Source: Acholeplasma laidlawii PG-8A
GTDB taxonomy: Bacteria; Bacillota_I; Bacilli_A; Acholeplasmatales; Acholeplasmataceae
DNA: 32,000 bases
Direction: 5' to 3'
NCBI RefSeq assembly: GCF_000018785.1
Contig: NC_010163.1
Coordinates: forward strand, 1,170,001 to 1,202,000
This document shows positions 20,677 to 29,302 of this stretch, one piece after another. The position numbers and the translations under genes are program-made. Each line of letters starts with the position of its first letter. Within the stretch, counting starts at the first letter, position 1. Under the pieces are notes generated by a model. That model ran no database searches. It was not told the DNA's origin and saw only the letters and a program-made list of their open reading frames with translations.

Positions 20677-22287
20677 TTATTTGGATAGAATGATTTCATT
20701 TAATTGTGATACTTCAAGTGGTTTATAATAATAAAAACCTTGGACATAGTCTACATCATGTAGTTTTAATATATCAATTTGTTCAATGGTTTCAACACCT
20801 TCTAAAACTATCTTTTTAGACATCGCATGCGATAAGTCTAAAACAAACTTTAAGAAATGTCTTTCAGTTGGTGATTTATCAATTTTGGCGATAAAGTCCT
20901 TATCCATTTTAATAATGTCTACTGGTAAATGTTTAAAGTAAGTTAATGAAGAATATCCACTTCCAAAATCATCTAATGCGACTAAAAAACCTTTCTCTTT
21001 GAGTTGTTTTAAGACGATGATTGTTTGATCAATATTTTCAAGTGCCATCGATTCAGTGATTTCAATAATCACTTGTTTATGATCGATTTCATGTTTTTTG
21101 ATGTAACTTCCAATATCTTCTATGAATGTTGGATGCATCAATACCTTGGGTGAAATATTAATATCTACTGTAAAGTGTTTACCCATTTCATTCCAAGTTT
21201 TAATTTGACCAAATACCTTATCATATAAAAAGTGTGTAAGTTCTAAAATAGAACCCGATATTTCAGATAGATATATAAAATTATTTGGTGGAATATAACC
21301 CATGGATGGGTGATTCCATCTAAGTAGTGCTTCTAACTTTCTAATTTCACCTGATTTAAAATCTAGAATTGGTTGATAGACTACATAAAATTCATTGTTT
21401 TGAAGTGAAGGTTTGATGGCATTTGTAATTTCATATTCACGTTCTTTGGATTCATGCATAAAGGTATTATAAATCACTACTTGGTCTTTACCGTTTTTCT
21501 TTGCAGCTGATAATGCAAGATTAGCATATCTTAAGATATCTCCATATACCAGTCCGTGATCTGGATAGATAGCAACCCCTGCAGATGCTGAGTAAAAGTA
21601 AGCTTCACTTTGTTTAGACATTAAGTTTTTTACTTTGTTGATACTTAAATCCGCAAGTGTCTTAATTTCATCTAGATGTTCAAATTGATAGAATACTAGA
21701 ACAAATGAATCTTCGCTCATTCGAGCTACAATATGTTCCTTACCAACCTTCGTAAGTTCTTTAGCAATGAGTAATAATGCCTCATCACCCCATTTATGCC
21801 CTTTTAATTCGTTGATTGCACCAAAGTCATCAATATCTAGATAAAGCAGCGCAAAAGGTGTTCTATTTTGAATTAAACGGTTAACCTTAATCTCTAATCG
21901 GTTACGATTGATTAAGCCCGTTAAAGCATCGAAATAGGCTAAATTGAAGTGTTTTTCTTCTAAGGTGGTCAGTTGTTTATTTTGATATTCTAATTCAAAT
22001 AGAACCTTTTTTAATTGTTCATTATTTGATAAGTACTTCTTAACTCTTCTATACACAATAATATAATAGACCAGGCCAATAAGACCCAGAGAAATAAAGC
22101 CCTTGAGAGTTTGAATCACTTGAGCGGTGTTTGGATCTGTTACATACTCTAAAATCAACCAATCACTAAACCATATATATGCATAAGCACATATAAAGTA
22201 TGCTAATGTGATTTCAGTTGATTCCCTAAACGCTGATTTTACTTTTTTTTCATCCTGATGAACATTATTTTGCATTTGTAACTCCAT
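20677..22287 (-). CDS. Membrane-anchored c-di-GMP phosphodiesterase-type protein with a degenerate GGDEF domain and an intact EAL domain.
   Basis: 536 aa with two N-terminal TM segments and a coiled coil. The GGDEF fold is present (FDALTGLINRNRL, LDIDDFGAINE), but the signature reads ARMSEDSF instead of R.GG(D/E)EF. The EAL catalytic set appears complete: LEALLRW, DINIS, EITES, DDFGSGYSSL, KMDKDF, EGVET and QGFYYYKP. Confidence 0.85.
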   Translation of the reverse strand: MELQMQNNVHQDEKKVKSAFRESTEITLAYFICAYAYIWFSDWLILEYVTDPNTAQVIQTLKGFISLGLIGLVYYIIVYRRVKKYLSNNEQLKKVLFELEYQNKQLTTLEEKHFNLAYFDALTGLINRNRLEIKVNRLIQNRTPFALLYLDIDDFGAINELKGHKWGDEALLLIAKELTKVGKEHIVARMSEDSFVLVFYQFEHLDEIKTLADLSINKVKNLMSKQSEAYFYSASAGVAIYPDHGLVYGDILRYANLALSAAKKNGKDQVVIYNTFMHESKEREYEITNAIKPSLQNNEFYVVYQPILDFKSGEIRKLEALLRWNHPSMGYIPPNNFIYLSEISGSILELTHFLYDKVFGQIKTWNEMGKHFTVDINISPKVLMHPTFIEDIGSYIKKHEIDHKQVIIEITESMALENIDQTIIVLKQLKEKGFLVALDDFGSGYSSLTYFKHLPVDIIKMDKDFIAKIDKSPTERHFLKFVLDLSHAMSKKIVLEGVETIEQIDILKLHDVDYVQGFYYYKPLEVSQLNEIILSK

Positions 22288-22335
22288 TAGTTTGTATAGT
22301 GTAAGTTAAGTGAATTAAGACAGTTATTTATGATT

Positions 22336-22710
22336 TTAAATATTTTCTAAAATTGCTTTACGGCGTGCTTCATATTCTTCTCTTGAAATCACACCACGGT
22401 CAAATAATCCGTCTAATTGTTTTAGTTTTTGTTCTACAGTTACTGGTTCTGTGTCTGTTGAACTTACACCAGTTCCAGCGAGTAAACCAAATATGCCACC
22501 AATTGTTGAAGTGAATATTAAGTAAATACTATAGTTTGTAACTTGTTCTTTTGTTGCTTCACCTTTTTTAGCTTTATCAAATACTGATGCAGCTTTAAAG
22601 TTAAAGTATGCTAGAACTAGTGGGAAGATTAATAATCCGCCCGGGAAAATAAATAAAACCCCTGAAATAATTGCGAATACTTGTGCTACTGTTAAGAATG
22701 TTTTGTTCAT
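22336..22710 (-). CDS. Small membrane protein with a C-terminal SHOCT domain.
   Basis: 124 aa with hydrophobic segments. The C-terminus is LKQLDGLFDRGVISREEYEARRKAIL. Its N-terminus (MNKTFLTVAQVF) is paralogous to the upstream gene. Confidence 0.7.
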   Translation of the reverse strand: MNKTFLTVAQVFAIISGVLFIFPGGLLIFPLVLAYFNFKAASVFDKAKKGEATKEQVTNYSIYLIFTSTIGGIFGLLAGTGVSSTDTEPVTVEQKLKQLDGLFDRGVISREEYEARRKAILENI

Positions 22711-22724
22711 GTTTTTTGCCCCTT

Positions 22725-23159
22725 TTAGACACTTTCTATTATTTTTTTACGTCGTTCATGGTACTCATCTAAAGTGATTAAACCCTTATCAAACAAGTTA
22801 TCTAGGTCTTTTAATCTTTTTTCTAATGATGAACTTTCGCTTTGAGTTTGGCCATTATCTTCAAGCAGTACACCAAGTAGTGCAAAGACACCACCAAGAA
22901 TATTAGATGTCAGTAATAAGATAATACTGTATATGATAATTTCAGTTTTCATATATGGATTGTCTTTGGCTTGTCCAATTCTAATAAACACAAAGATGTT
23001 AAATCCCACAATGATAAACATCACCAAACCAACGATATTGAAGGTGACATCACTTTCAATTTGGCCTAAAACAAACATAAAGATTAGTGCATAAATACCT
23101 ATCACTGCAGCAGCGATAGCTACAAACACCTGAGATATTGTTAATAACGTTTTATTCAT
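22725..23159 (-). CDS. Small membrane protein with a C-terminal SHOCT domain.
   Basis: 144 aa with hydrophobic segments. The C-terminus is LKDLDNLFDKGLITLDEYHERRKKII and the N-terminus is MNKTLLTISQVF. Confidence 0.7.
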   Translation of the reverse strand: MNKTLLTISQVFVAIAAAVIGIYALIFMFVLGQIESDVTFNIVGLVMFIIVGFNIFVFIRIGQAKDNPYMKTEIIIYSIILLLTSNILGGVFALLGVLLEDNGQTQSESSSLEKRLKDLDNLFDKGLITLDEYHERRKKIIESV

Positions 23160-23192
23160 TTAGAATAATCCCCTTTCGTACGTACATAAATT

Positions 23193-23221
23193 ATTATATT
23201 ATAATTCGTTCGATATTTCAA
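23193..23221 (-). promoter_or_regulatory. Probable promoter of the SHOCT-SHOCT-EAL operon.
   Basis: The minus strand reads TTGAAA-17 nt-TATAAT. An 8-bp palindrome GTACGTAC (23178-23185) lies between the -10 and the RBS. Confidence 0.5.
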
Positions 23222-23236
23222 AAATAATTGATAATT

Positions 23237-23896
23237 TTATTTTATAACTGCATGTATCCAATTAGGAACATAGGCTGATGTACAACCAGGAGCGACTTTC
23301 ATATCTTTATAAACACCTAATTCTTCTGATAAATTTAATACTTTTGTTCTATATGCTTCATAAGTAATGCCTATTTGTGCAAAGCATCGATTCATCATCC
23401 ACTGAGCTTTAGGTGTTTCATCCACTAAGTTGCGTTGTATGTTGTCTAAAAGATAAAGAACTTCATTATCATCTATTATCTTTAGACGAACACGTTCGAC
23501 GTTAATCGCCCAAAGTGCACGTTTTAACATATCAGAGTCACTATCCTTTAACATATCATACAACACATCTACTTCTTCAATCAAGGTAACTACTCTAAAC
23601 ATAAAATCATCGAGTACTTGATCAAATGTGATAATACCTAACACATCATATGCTTCTTTAGCACTTAATTTAGATACATCAAACAGCATGACAGCAAGTA
23701 GCATAGCATCTGTATTTAATGTATGCATAAGTTTAAATGCTAGATCATGATGGGTACCTATTTTTTTAGCATAAGCTCTTAAATAACCTAATAATACACC
23801 ATAGGTATTTTCACTTGCACCGGCTTTTAATAAACTCTTTTTTCTAGAAGCGTTAGAGTTTAATTTCAAATCATTCATTACTTGTTCTAATGTCAT
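23237..23896 (-). CDS. DNA alkylation repair protein (AlkD/AlkC-like HEAT-repeat family).
   Basis: 219 aa. The pattern MT.E.V...L......RK..L.(A)GA.E...GV..G.LR..AKKIG..H.LA..L..T.N.DAM.LA, together with a C-terminal segment matching that family, agrees with my memory of about 220-aa PF08713 members. No search was run. Confidence 0.55.
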   Translation of the reverse strand: MTLEQVMNDLKLNSNASRKKSLLKAGASENTYGVLLGYLRAYAKKIGTHHDLAFKLMHTLNTDAMLLAVMLFDVSKLSAKEAYDVLGIITFDQVLDDFMFRVVTLIEEVDVLYDMLKDSDSDMLKRALWAINVERVRLKIIDDNEVLYLLDNIQRNLVDETPKAQWMMNRCFAQIGITYEAYRTKVLNLSEELGVYKDMKVAPGCTSAYVPNWIHAVIK

Positions 23897-23947
23897 TGTA
23901 TGATTCCTTTCAAATTTAAACTACTTTGATTATATCCTTATGGAATG

Positions 23948-23982
23948 AAAAAAGTACATTGATATGATCAATATACTTTTTG
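23948..23982 (-). terminator. Intrinsic terminator after copZ.
   Basis: AGTACATTGAT-atg-ATCAATATACT, an 11-bp stem with one mismatch, flanked by an A-run and a T-run. Confidence 0.6.
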
Positions 23983-23988
23983 TGTTGA

Positions 23989-24198
23989 TTATTTAATCTC
24001 TTTAACTTCGTAACCAAGAGTATGAATTGTATCTAAAATAACATCATGATTAACTGGGTCTTTAGTCTTTAGAACTGCAAAACCTTTATCAAGATTCACT
24101 TTAGCAGATTGAACACCTTCAACTGTTGAAAGTGATTTTTCCACCTTAGCCATACAATTTTTACAATGCATACCATCAATGTATACTGTTGTTTTCAT
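23989..24198 (-). CDS. copZ: Copper chaperone CopZ (heavy-metal-associated domain).
   Basis: 69 aa with the GMHCKNC metal-binding motif. It starts 3 nt after the copA stop. Confidence 0.9.
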   Translation of the reverse strand: MKTTVYIDGMHCKNCMAKVEKSLSTVEGVQSAKVNLDKGFAVLKTKDPVNHDVILDTIHTLGYEVKEIK

Positions 24199-24201
24199 AG
24201 T

Positions 24202-26448
24202 TTATCCTTTCTTTACGATCGGTTTAAATCGTTTTAGTCTTAATGCATTTGCAAGTACTGAAACAGAACTTAGACTCATTGCTGCTGCAGCAAACATAGG
24301 ATTTAATAGTGGTCCACCAAATAGATGTAATACGCCCATTGCTATAGGTATACCAAGTACATTATACCCGAATGCCCAAAATAAGTTTTCTTTAATGTTC
24401 TTAATTGTTTTTTGACTTAAATGAATTGCATTTGCAACATCCAATAAATCATTTTTTACTAATACAATATCCGCAGATTCTATCGCAACATCCGTACCAC
24501 TTCCAATAGCGATACCTACATCAGCTTTGACAAGTGCTGGTGCATCATTTATACCATCACCAACCATAGCCACTTTTTTACCACTATTTTGAAGTTTTTC
24601 AACCTCGTTTGCTTTATCTTCTGGTAAGACCTCAGATAAGACTAAATCAATGCCTATTTGTTTTGCTATTGCATCTGCAGTGAGTTTATTATCACCTGTG
24701 ATCATAACAACTTCTACACCCATTTGATGGAGTTTATCAATGGCTTGTTTAGAGGTTGGTTTGATGGTGTCTGCAACTGCAATCATACCTGCTAACTTTT
24801 GATTGATTGCTACAAACATTGGTGTCTTACCTTGGTTAGCTAAGTTTTCTGATTGATCAAATAATTCTGATAAATCGATAGCTTGTTCTTTCATAAGTTT
24901 TAGGTTACCTAGTAGAATAACTTGGTCTTCTATCACCACTTCAATACCATGTCCTGGTATGGCATGGAATTTAGAAGGTGTAGTCAGTTCAATACCCTTA
25001 GATGTCGCATCTAGTACAATCGCTTCACCTAATGGATGCTCTGATCCTTTTTCTGCGGATGCAGCTAGTCTTAGAAGATTTAGTCCATCGATTTCACTTG
25101 TTGTAATGATATCTGTAACAACCGGTTTACCTTGTGTAATAGTTCCTGTTTTATCTAGAATCACTGTATCTACTTTGTGAAGTGTTTCAAGTGATGCACC
25201 ACCTTTAATTAAAACACCATACTCAGCACCTTTACCTGTACCAATCATAATTGCGGTTGGTGTTGCAAGTCCAAGTGCACAAGGACATGCAATCACTAAA
25301 ACTGCGATAAAGATTGTCATTGAAAAGTTTAGGTCTTGACCACCAAATATATACCAAAGTAATCCTGAGATGATAGCAAGTACAATAACAACCGGTACAA
25401 AGTATCCACTAATAATATCTGCTAGTTTTGCAATTGGAGCTTTAGAACTTTGAGCATCTTCTACAAGTTTAATAATTTGAGCAAGTGCTGTATCTTTACC
25501 TATTTTAGTTGCCTTATAATGAATTGTTCCAAACTTATTAATACTTGCACCTACAACCAAATCACCAATTTGCTTTTCTACTGGAATAGATTCACCTGTC
25601 AACATCGATTCATCAATTGATGTGTGACCAAAAGTGACAACACCATCTACAGGAAGTTTATCCCCTGGTTTAACAACGATTATATCGCCTACAACCACAT
25701 CTTCAATAGCAACCCTTACCTCAATGCCATTTCTTAGAATAGTTGCTTCCTTTGGTGCTAAACCAATTAACTTTTTTATTGCAGCAGATGTTTTACCAAT
25801 AGAAATAGATTCTAAGTATTTACCTAATGTAATAAGTGTTAGAATCACTGCAGCTGATTCAAAATATAAATCGTGTACAAAATGATGATTTCCGTTAATA
25901 ATCATAATGAGTGCATATACACCATATATATAGGCTGCAGAGGTTCCAATAGCAATTAATGAATCCATATTAGGGCTTAGTTTAAAAAGTGTTTTAAAAC
26001 CTATTTTAAAGAACGGATACCCAATAATCATGACTGGTGTTGTTAGAATAATTTGTATAATCGTAAAATTTAGGGGACTTAGGTCAGGATGCATAAAATC
26101 CGGTAACCACAATCCGATCATAGGACCCATTGCAATATATAGTAACGGTAATGTAAAAATTGCGGATACCAAAAATCTAGTCCATAAGTTCTTAATTTCT
26201 TGTTCTTTTCTCAGTTGATGCTCATCTGCCGTTTCTGTTTCTGTTAAAACTTCATAGCCAACAGCTTTTACAGCCTTTTTAACATCTTCGATAGAAACTT
26301 TATCCATATCATAATCAAAGGTTAACTTTTCGGTTGTTAAATTGACATTGACATTTGTTATACCCTCTAGTTTAGCTGTTGCTTTTTCAACAGATGCTAC
26401 ACAGGATGCACATGTCATACCTTTAACACTTAAATTTTCATGTTTCAT
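24202..26448 (-). CDS. copA: Copper-translocating P1B-type ATPase.
   Basis: 748 aa. It has an N-terminal HMA domain (GMTCASCV), the CPC transmembrane motif, the DKTGT phosphorylation site, and the TGDN and GDGINDAP motifs. Confidence 0.95.
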   Translation of the reverse strand: MKHENLSVKGMTCASCVASVEKATAKLEGITNVNVNLTTEKLTFDYDMDKVSIEDVKKAVKAVGYEVLTETETADEHQLRKEQEIKNLWTRFLVSAIFTLPLLYIAMGPMIGLWLPDFMHPDLSPLNFTIIQIILTTPVMIIGYPFFKIGFKTLFKLSPNMDSLIAIGTSAAYIYGVYALIMIINGNHHFVHDLYFESAAVILTLITLGKYLESISIGKTSAAIKKLIGLAPKEATILRNGIEVRVAIEDVVVGDIIVVKPGDKLPVDGVVTFGHTSIDESMLTGESIPVEKQIGDLVVGASINKFGTIHYKATKIGKDTALAQIIKLVEDAQSSKAPIAKLADIISGYFVPVVIVLAIISGLLWYIFGGQDLNFSMTIFIAVLVIACPCALGLATPTAIMIGTGKGAEYGVLIKGGASLETLHKVDTVILDKTGTITQGKPVVTDIITTSEIDGLNLLRLAASAEKGSEHPLGEAIVLDATSKGIELTTPSKFHAIPGHGIEVVIEDQVILLGNLKLMKEQAIDLSELFDQSENLANQGKTPMFVAINQKLAGMIAVADTIKPTSKQAIDKLHQMGVEVVMITGDNKLTADAIAKQIGIDLVLSEVLPEDKANEVEKLQNSGKKVAMVGDGINDAPALVKADVGIAIGSGTDVAIESADIVLVKNDLLDVANAIHLSQKTIKNIKENLFWAFGYNVLGIPIAMGVLHLFGGPLLNPMFAAAAMSLSSVSVLANALRLKRFKPIVKKG

Positions 26449-26468
26449 CTAATCACCTTATCTTTCTC

Positions 26469-26489
26469 ATACCCCTATGTAGGGGGTAT
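26469..26489. promoter_or_regulatory. CsoR-type operator (GC-rich inverted repeat) at the copA promoter.
   Basis: ATACCCCTA-TG-TAGGGGGTAT resembles Firmicute CsoR operators of the TACCC-N-GGGGTA type. It lies just downstream of the -10 box. Confidence 0.5.
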
Positions 26490-26493
26490 ATAT

Positions 26494-26523
26494 ATCTTAC
26501 AATAGTAACTACCAATTTGTCAA
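26494..26523 (-). promoter_or_regulatory. copA-copZ promoter.
   Basis: The minus strand reads TTGACA (26518-26523), an 18-nt spacer, then TAAGAT (26494-26499). The AAGGTGA RBS precedes the ATG. Confidence 0.55.
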
Positions 26524-26583
26524 GGAGCTGGCATTATAAATATAAAAAAAAGACCTTTATCAGATCTCATCATTTGTAAATTA

Positions 26584-26658
26584 ATGGAGCGGGTGAGCGG
26601 AATCGAACCGCCGTCTTCAGCTTGGAAGGCTGGGGTAATAACCATTATACGACACCCG
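26584..26658 (-). tRNA. tRNA-Gly (UCC).
   Basis: The minus strand reads GCGGGTGTCGTATAATGG...CAGCCTTCCAAGCTG...GGTTCGATTCCGCTCACCCGCTCCA. Confidence 0.9.
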
Positions 26659-26666
26659 CAAGTAAA

Positions 26667-26744
26667 ATGGTCGGGAAGACAGGATTTGAACCTGCGGCCC
26701 CTTGGTCCCAAACCAAGTGCTCCACCAAGCTGAGCTACTTCCCG
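26667..26744 (-). tRNA. tRNA-Pro (UGG).
   Basis: The minus strand reads CGGGAAGTAGCTCAGCTTGGTGGAGCACTTGGTTTGGGACCAAG...GGTTCAAATCCTGTCTTCCCGACCA. Confidence 0.9.
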
Positions 26745-26802
26745 ATTACTTTGTCGCGCTAAATAATTGTATCAAAGTTTTTTTACTTTGTCAATCATTA
26801 AA

Positions 26803-26879
26803 TGGCGCACCCAAGAGGACTTGAACCCCTAACCTTTTGATCCGTAGTCAAACGCTCTATCCAATTGAGCTATGGGTGC
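26803..26879 (-). tRNA. tRNA-Arg (ACG).
   Basis: The minus strand reads GCACCCATAGCTCAATTGGATAGAGCGTTTGACTACGGATCAAAAGGTTAGGGGTTCAAGTCCTCTTGGGTGCGCCA. Confidence 0.9.
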
Positions 26880-26887
26880 AAATAAAG

Positions 26888-26963
26888 TGGTGACCCGTAC
26901 GGGATTCGAACCCGTGAGTGCATGCGTGAAAGGCATGTGAGTTAACCGTTTCTCCAACGGGCC
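26888..26963 (-). tRNA. tRNA-Glu (UUC).
   Basis: The minus strand reads GGCCCGTTGGAGAAACGGTTAACTCACATGCCTTTCACGCATGCACTCACGGGTTCGAATCCCGTACGGGTCACCA. Confidence 0.9.
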
Positions 26964-26981
26964 ACTTAATGCGCATGTATA

Positions 26982-27009
26982 ATTATATCAACTTATTATG
27001 ATTTGTCAA
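26982..27009 (-). promoter_or_regulatory. Probable promoter of the tRNA Glu-Arg-Pro-Gly cluster.
   Basis: The minus strand reads TTGACA-16 nt-TATAAT, ending about 19 nt upstream of tRNA-Glu. Confidence 0.6.
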
Positions 27010-27042
27010 CAATTAAATGACATTTTTTTTGATTTGTAGCAA

Positions 27043-27588
27043 TCAATACATAATGTTGTTAATAAGCGATTTAGATAATGCTTCATCTTGATTTTTCTTA
27101 ATAATTTGATATACAAATTCAATTACAGCCCCTGCTGATCTTGCAGTGATAATTCTAGGTGTAACTACAACTTTTTTAGAAGCTAAGTAATGCCCTAATT
27201 TAGCATCTTCTTCGGAGCCCGGAAAGGCTGTAAAGTCTAGGTTGTCTAAGAGTCCTAATCGGCCTAAAAAGCGTGGTGCAGCACAGATTGCATAGATATC
27301 CTTATCTTCTCTTTTAAATGCTTTAATTAGGTCATATATATAGTCTGCATGATCAATCACTTTAGCTACATAGCCACCACCAGGTATGATTAAAAATTGA
27401 TAATTGGATAGCTTAATATCATGTAAATGGTAATCTGCTTTAACAGTGATACCAAAACCCGTTTTCACATATAAATCAGGTTCTTTAGTTACAGAATCTA
27501 TGTGCATCCCTGCACGTCTTAATAAAGCTAAAGTAGATAGTGCTTCATTATCTTCCATACCGTGTGAAAAAATGATGAGACCTTTCAT
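27043..27588 (-). CDS. DJ-1/PfpI (ThiJ-like) family protein.
   Basis: 181 aa. It has a nucleophile-elbow Cys in IYAICAAP and the family motif LIIPGG. Confidence 0.8.
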   Translation of the reverse strand: MKGLIIFSHGMEDNEALSTLALLRRAGMHIDSVTKEPDLYVKTGFGITVKADYHLHDIKLSNYQFLIIPGGGYVAKVIDHADYIYDLIKAFKREDKDIYAICAAPRFLGRLGLLDNLDFTAFPGSEEDAKLGHYLASKKVVVTPRIITARSAGAVIEFVYQIIKKNQDEALSKSLINNIMY

Positions 27589-27589
27589 A

Positions 27590-28219
27590 TTAAATCACCT
27601 CTAATACTTGATCGAGTGCATCAATTAAAGCATTAGATAGTTCTGTTTCACTTTTTTTGTATACTTCCATTTGGTCATGACTACCTAATACATCGGATAC
27701 TACTTTAATAGCTAATACAGGATATTTGTAGCTATGCGCTACTTGATAAATACTTGCACCTTCCATATCCACGATATATGAATTTGGATTAATTGGTTTT
27801 GTAGAGAATATATCACCTGTGTATAATCTGATTTGATTGAAATCTTCTAATTTATTTAGTATTTTAGTATCTGTAAAATAGAGTGTTGGATATTTAGGAA
27901 TTTGTCCATATTCATAGTTAAATATCGTTAAATCCACATCATGGTAAGTGACCTCAGATACCAGGTATGTATCATAAAGATTCACCTTATGTCCACCAAC
28001 GATACCAAGATTGATTATAAATCTAGTTTCAGGATGCAATGTTAAGATATGTGATAGTGCACTAGATGCATTTGTTTTACCAATGCCAGAAATGATAAGC
28101 ATCACATCTTGTCCCTGGTATTTACCCTCATATATGTTATAAGGGTGTGTTGATTTTAAGTTTAAATTGGAAGTAAGTACTTCTACTTCAGATAGCATCG
28201 CTGCAATAATAACTATCAT
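27590..28219 (-). CDS. mtnN: 5'-methylthioadenosine/S-adenosylhomocysteine nucleosidase.
   Basis: 209 aa with PNP_UDP_1 fold motifs ISGIGKTNASSA and DMEGASIYQVA. It overlaps the udk stop by 4 nt. Confidence 0.8.
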   Translation of the reverse strand: MIVIIAAMLSEVEVLTSNLNLKSTHPYNIYEGKYQGQDVMLIISGIGKTNASSALSHILTLHPETRFIINLGIVGGHKVNLYDTYLVSEVTYHDVDLTIFNYEYGQIPKYPTLYFTDTKILNKLEDFNQIRLYTGDIFSTKPINPNSYIVDMEGASIYQVAHSYKYPVLAIKVVSDVLGSHDQMEVYKKSETELSNALIDALDQVLEVI

Positions 28220-28839
28220 ATAGACTCCTTTACAGTTTTAAGCATGTTGACAATGACATCCACTGCTGCACTGTGTTTATCATCATTAGGTATGATGATA
28301 TCAGCATAACGTTTGGTTGGTTTTACAAATTTGTGGTACATTGGCTTAACCGTAGTTATATATTGATTGATGACTGATTGCATCGTACGTCCTCTATCTT
28401 TAACATCTCTTGAAAGACGTCTAATAAAACGGATATCATCATCTAATTCTACGTAGAGTTTTAAATCAGCAAGGTCACGAATAGAATCATCTACTAAACT
28501 TAAAATACCTTCAAGTATAATAATTGGTTTGGATTCTACTTCTTCAATCACTTCACTTCTTGTGTAGTTACTATAATCATATGTAGGTTTATGAATTGTT
28601 TTTCCTTCAAGTAACATTAAGATATCTTTCTTTAATAGTTCAATATCAATACTTTTAGGATGATCATAGTTCATGAGTACTCGCTCGTGCATTGGAAGTT
28701 CATTTTGATCTAAGTAATAGTCATCTTGATTGATGACTAATACATGCTGAATGCCTGCTTTTTCTAATATGGACTTAACAACTGTTGACTTACCAGAGGC
28801 TGAACCGCCTGCTACAATCATAAAAAATGGTTTTTTCAT
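28216..28839 (-). CDS. udk: Uridine kinase.
   Basis: 207 aa with P-loop GGSASGKST, INQDDYY, and the udk-like NYDHP and RRLSRD motifs. Confidence 0.9.
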   Translation of the reverse strand: MKKPFFMIVAGGSASGKSTVVKSILEKAGIQHVLVINQDDYYLDQNELPMHERVLMNYDHPKSIDIELLKKDILMLLEGKTIHKPTYDYSNYTRSEVIEEVESKPIIILEGILSLVDDSIRDLADLKLYVELDDDIRFIRRLSRDVKDRGRTMQSVINQYITTVKPMYHKFVKPTKRYADIIIPNDDKHSAAVDVIVNMLKTVKESI

Positions 28840-28851
28840 ATATTTTTCCTA

Positions 28852-29157
28852 TCAATTAAAGATATCTTCTTGAGGGAATTCATCTAGATTTAGTAATACT
28901 AATATATCATTTAAACTGTTAAATGAACCTAAAACATTACCATCTGAATCTCTTAACTCATACCTAACTTGGTTATTGTAATATCTATTATAGTTAAGTT
29001 TTGAATAAATTACGTATGATTTTCCATTCACCTTAAATTTCTTTATCGGTTCATGATTTCTCTTTCTAATTTTTAGAGTATTAGTGATACTTACAACAAC
29101 AACTATAATAAACACGATAAAAAAGATTGTAAAAAACCCTGAAAAAAATGGTGGCAT
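28852..29157 (-). CDS. Hypothetical N-terminally anchored membrane protein.
   Basis: 101 aa with one strong TM segment (FFTIFFIVFIIVVVVSI). It is the first gene of the udk operon. No family was recognised. Confidence 0.5.
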   Translation of the reverse strand: MPPFFSGFFTIFFIVFIIVVVVSITNTLKIRKRNHEPIKKFKVNGKSYVIYSKLNYNRYYNNQVRYELRDSDGNVLGSFNSLNDILVLLNLDEFPQEDIFN

Positions 29158-29302
29158 GTGAATTCTCCTTCAAATATTTTCTCATTACTATTATATATGA
29201 AATCATCATAAATAGGTGTGAAACTATATAATTAATCAAATTTCCCATGATTATTTAAATTTATTTTATAATAGTATTAAAGTAAAAAAATGAGGTAAGA
29301 CT

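Noticed and set aside
15789-26218. Antisense or alternative-frame track ORFs within trhO (15789..16019), clpB (17377..17592), ppx (19113..19304) and copA (24179..24415, 24959..25180, 25634..25885, 26030..26218).
   Set aside because: Each lies inside a well-supported conserved gene on the other strand or frame, so these are shadow ORFs.
26520-26711. Track ORF of 63 aa on the minus strand.
   Set aside because: It overlaps tRNA-Gly and tRNA-Pro, so it is a spurious translation of tRNA sequence.
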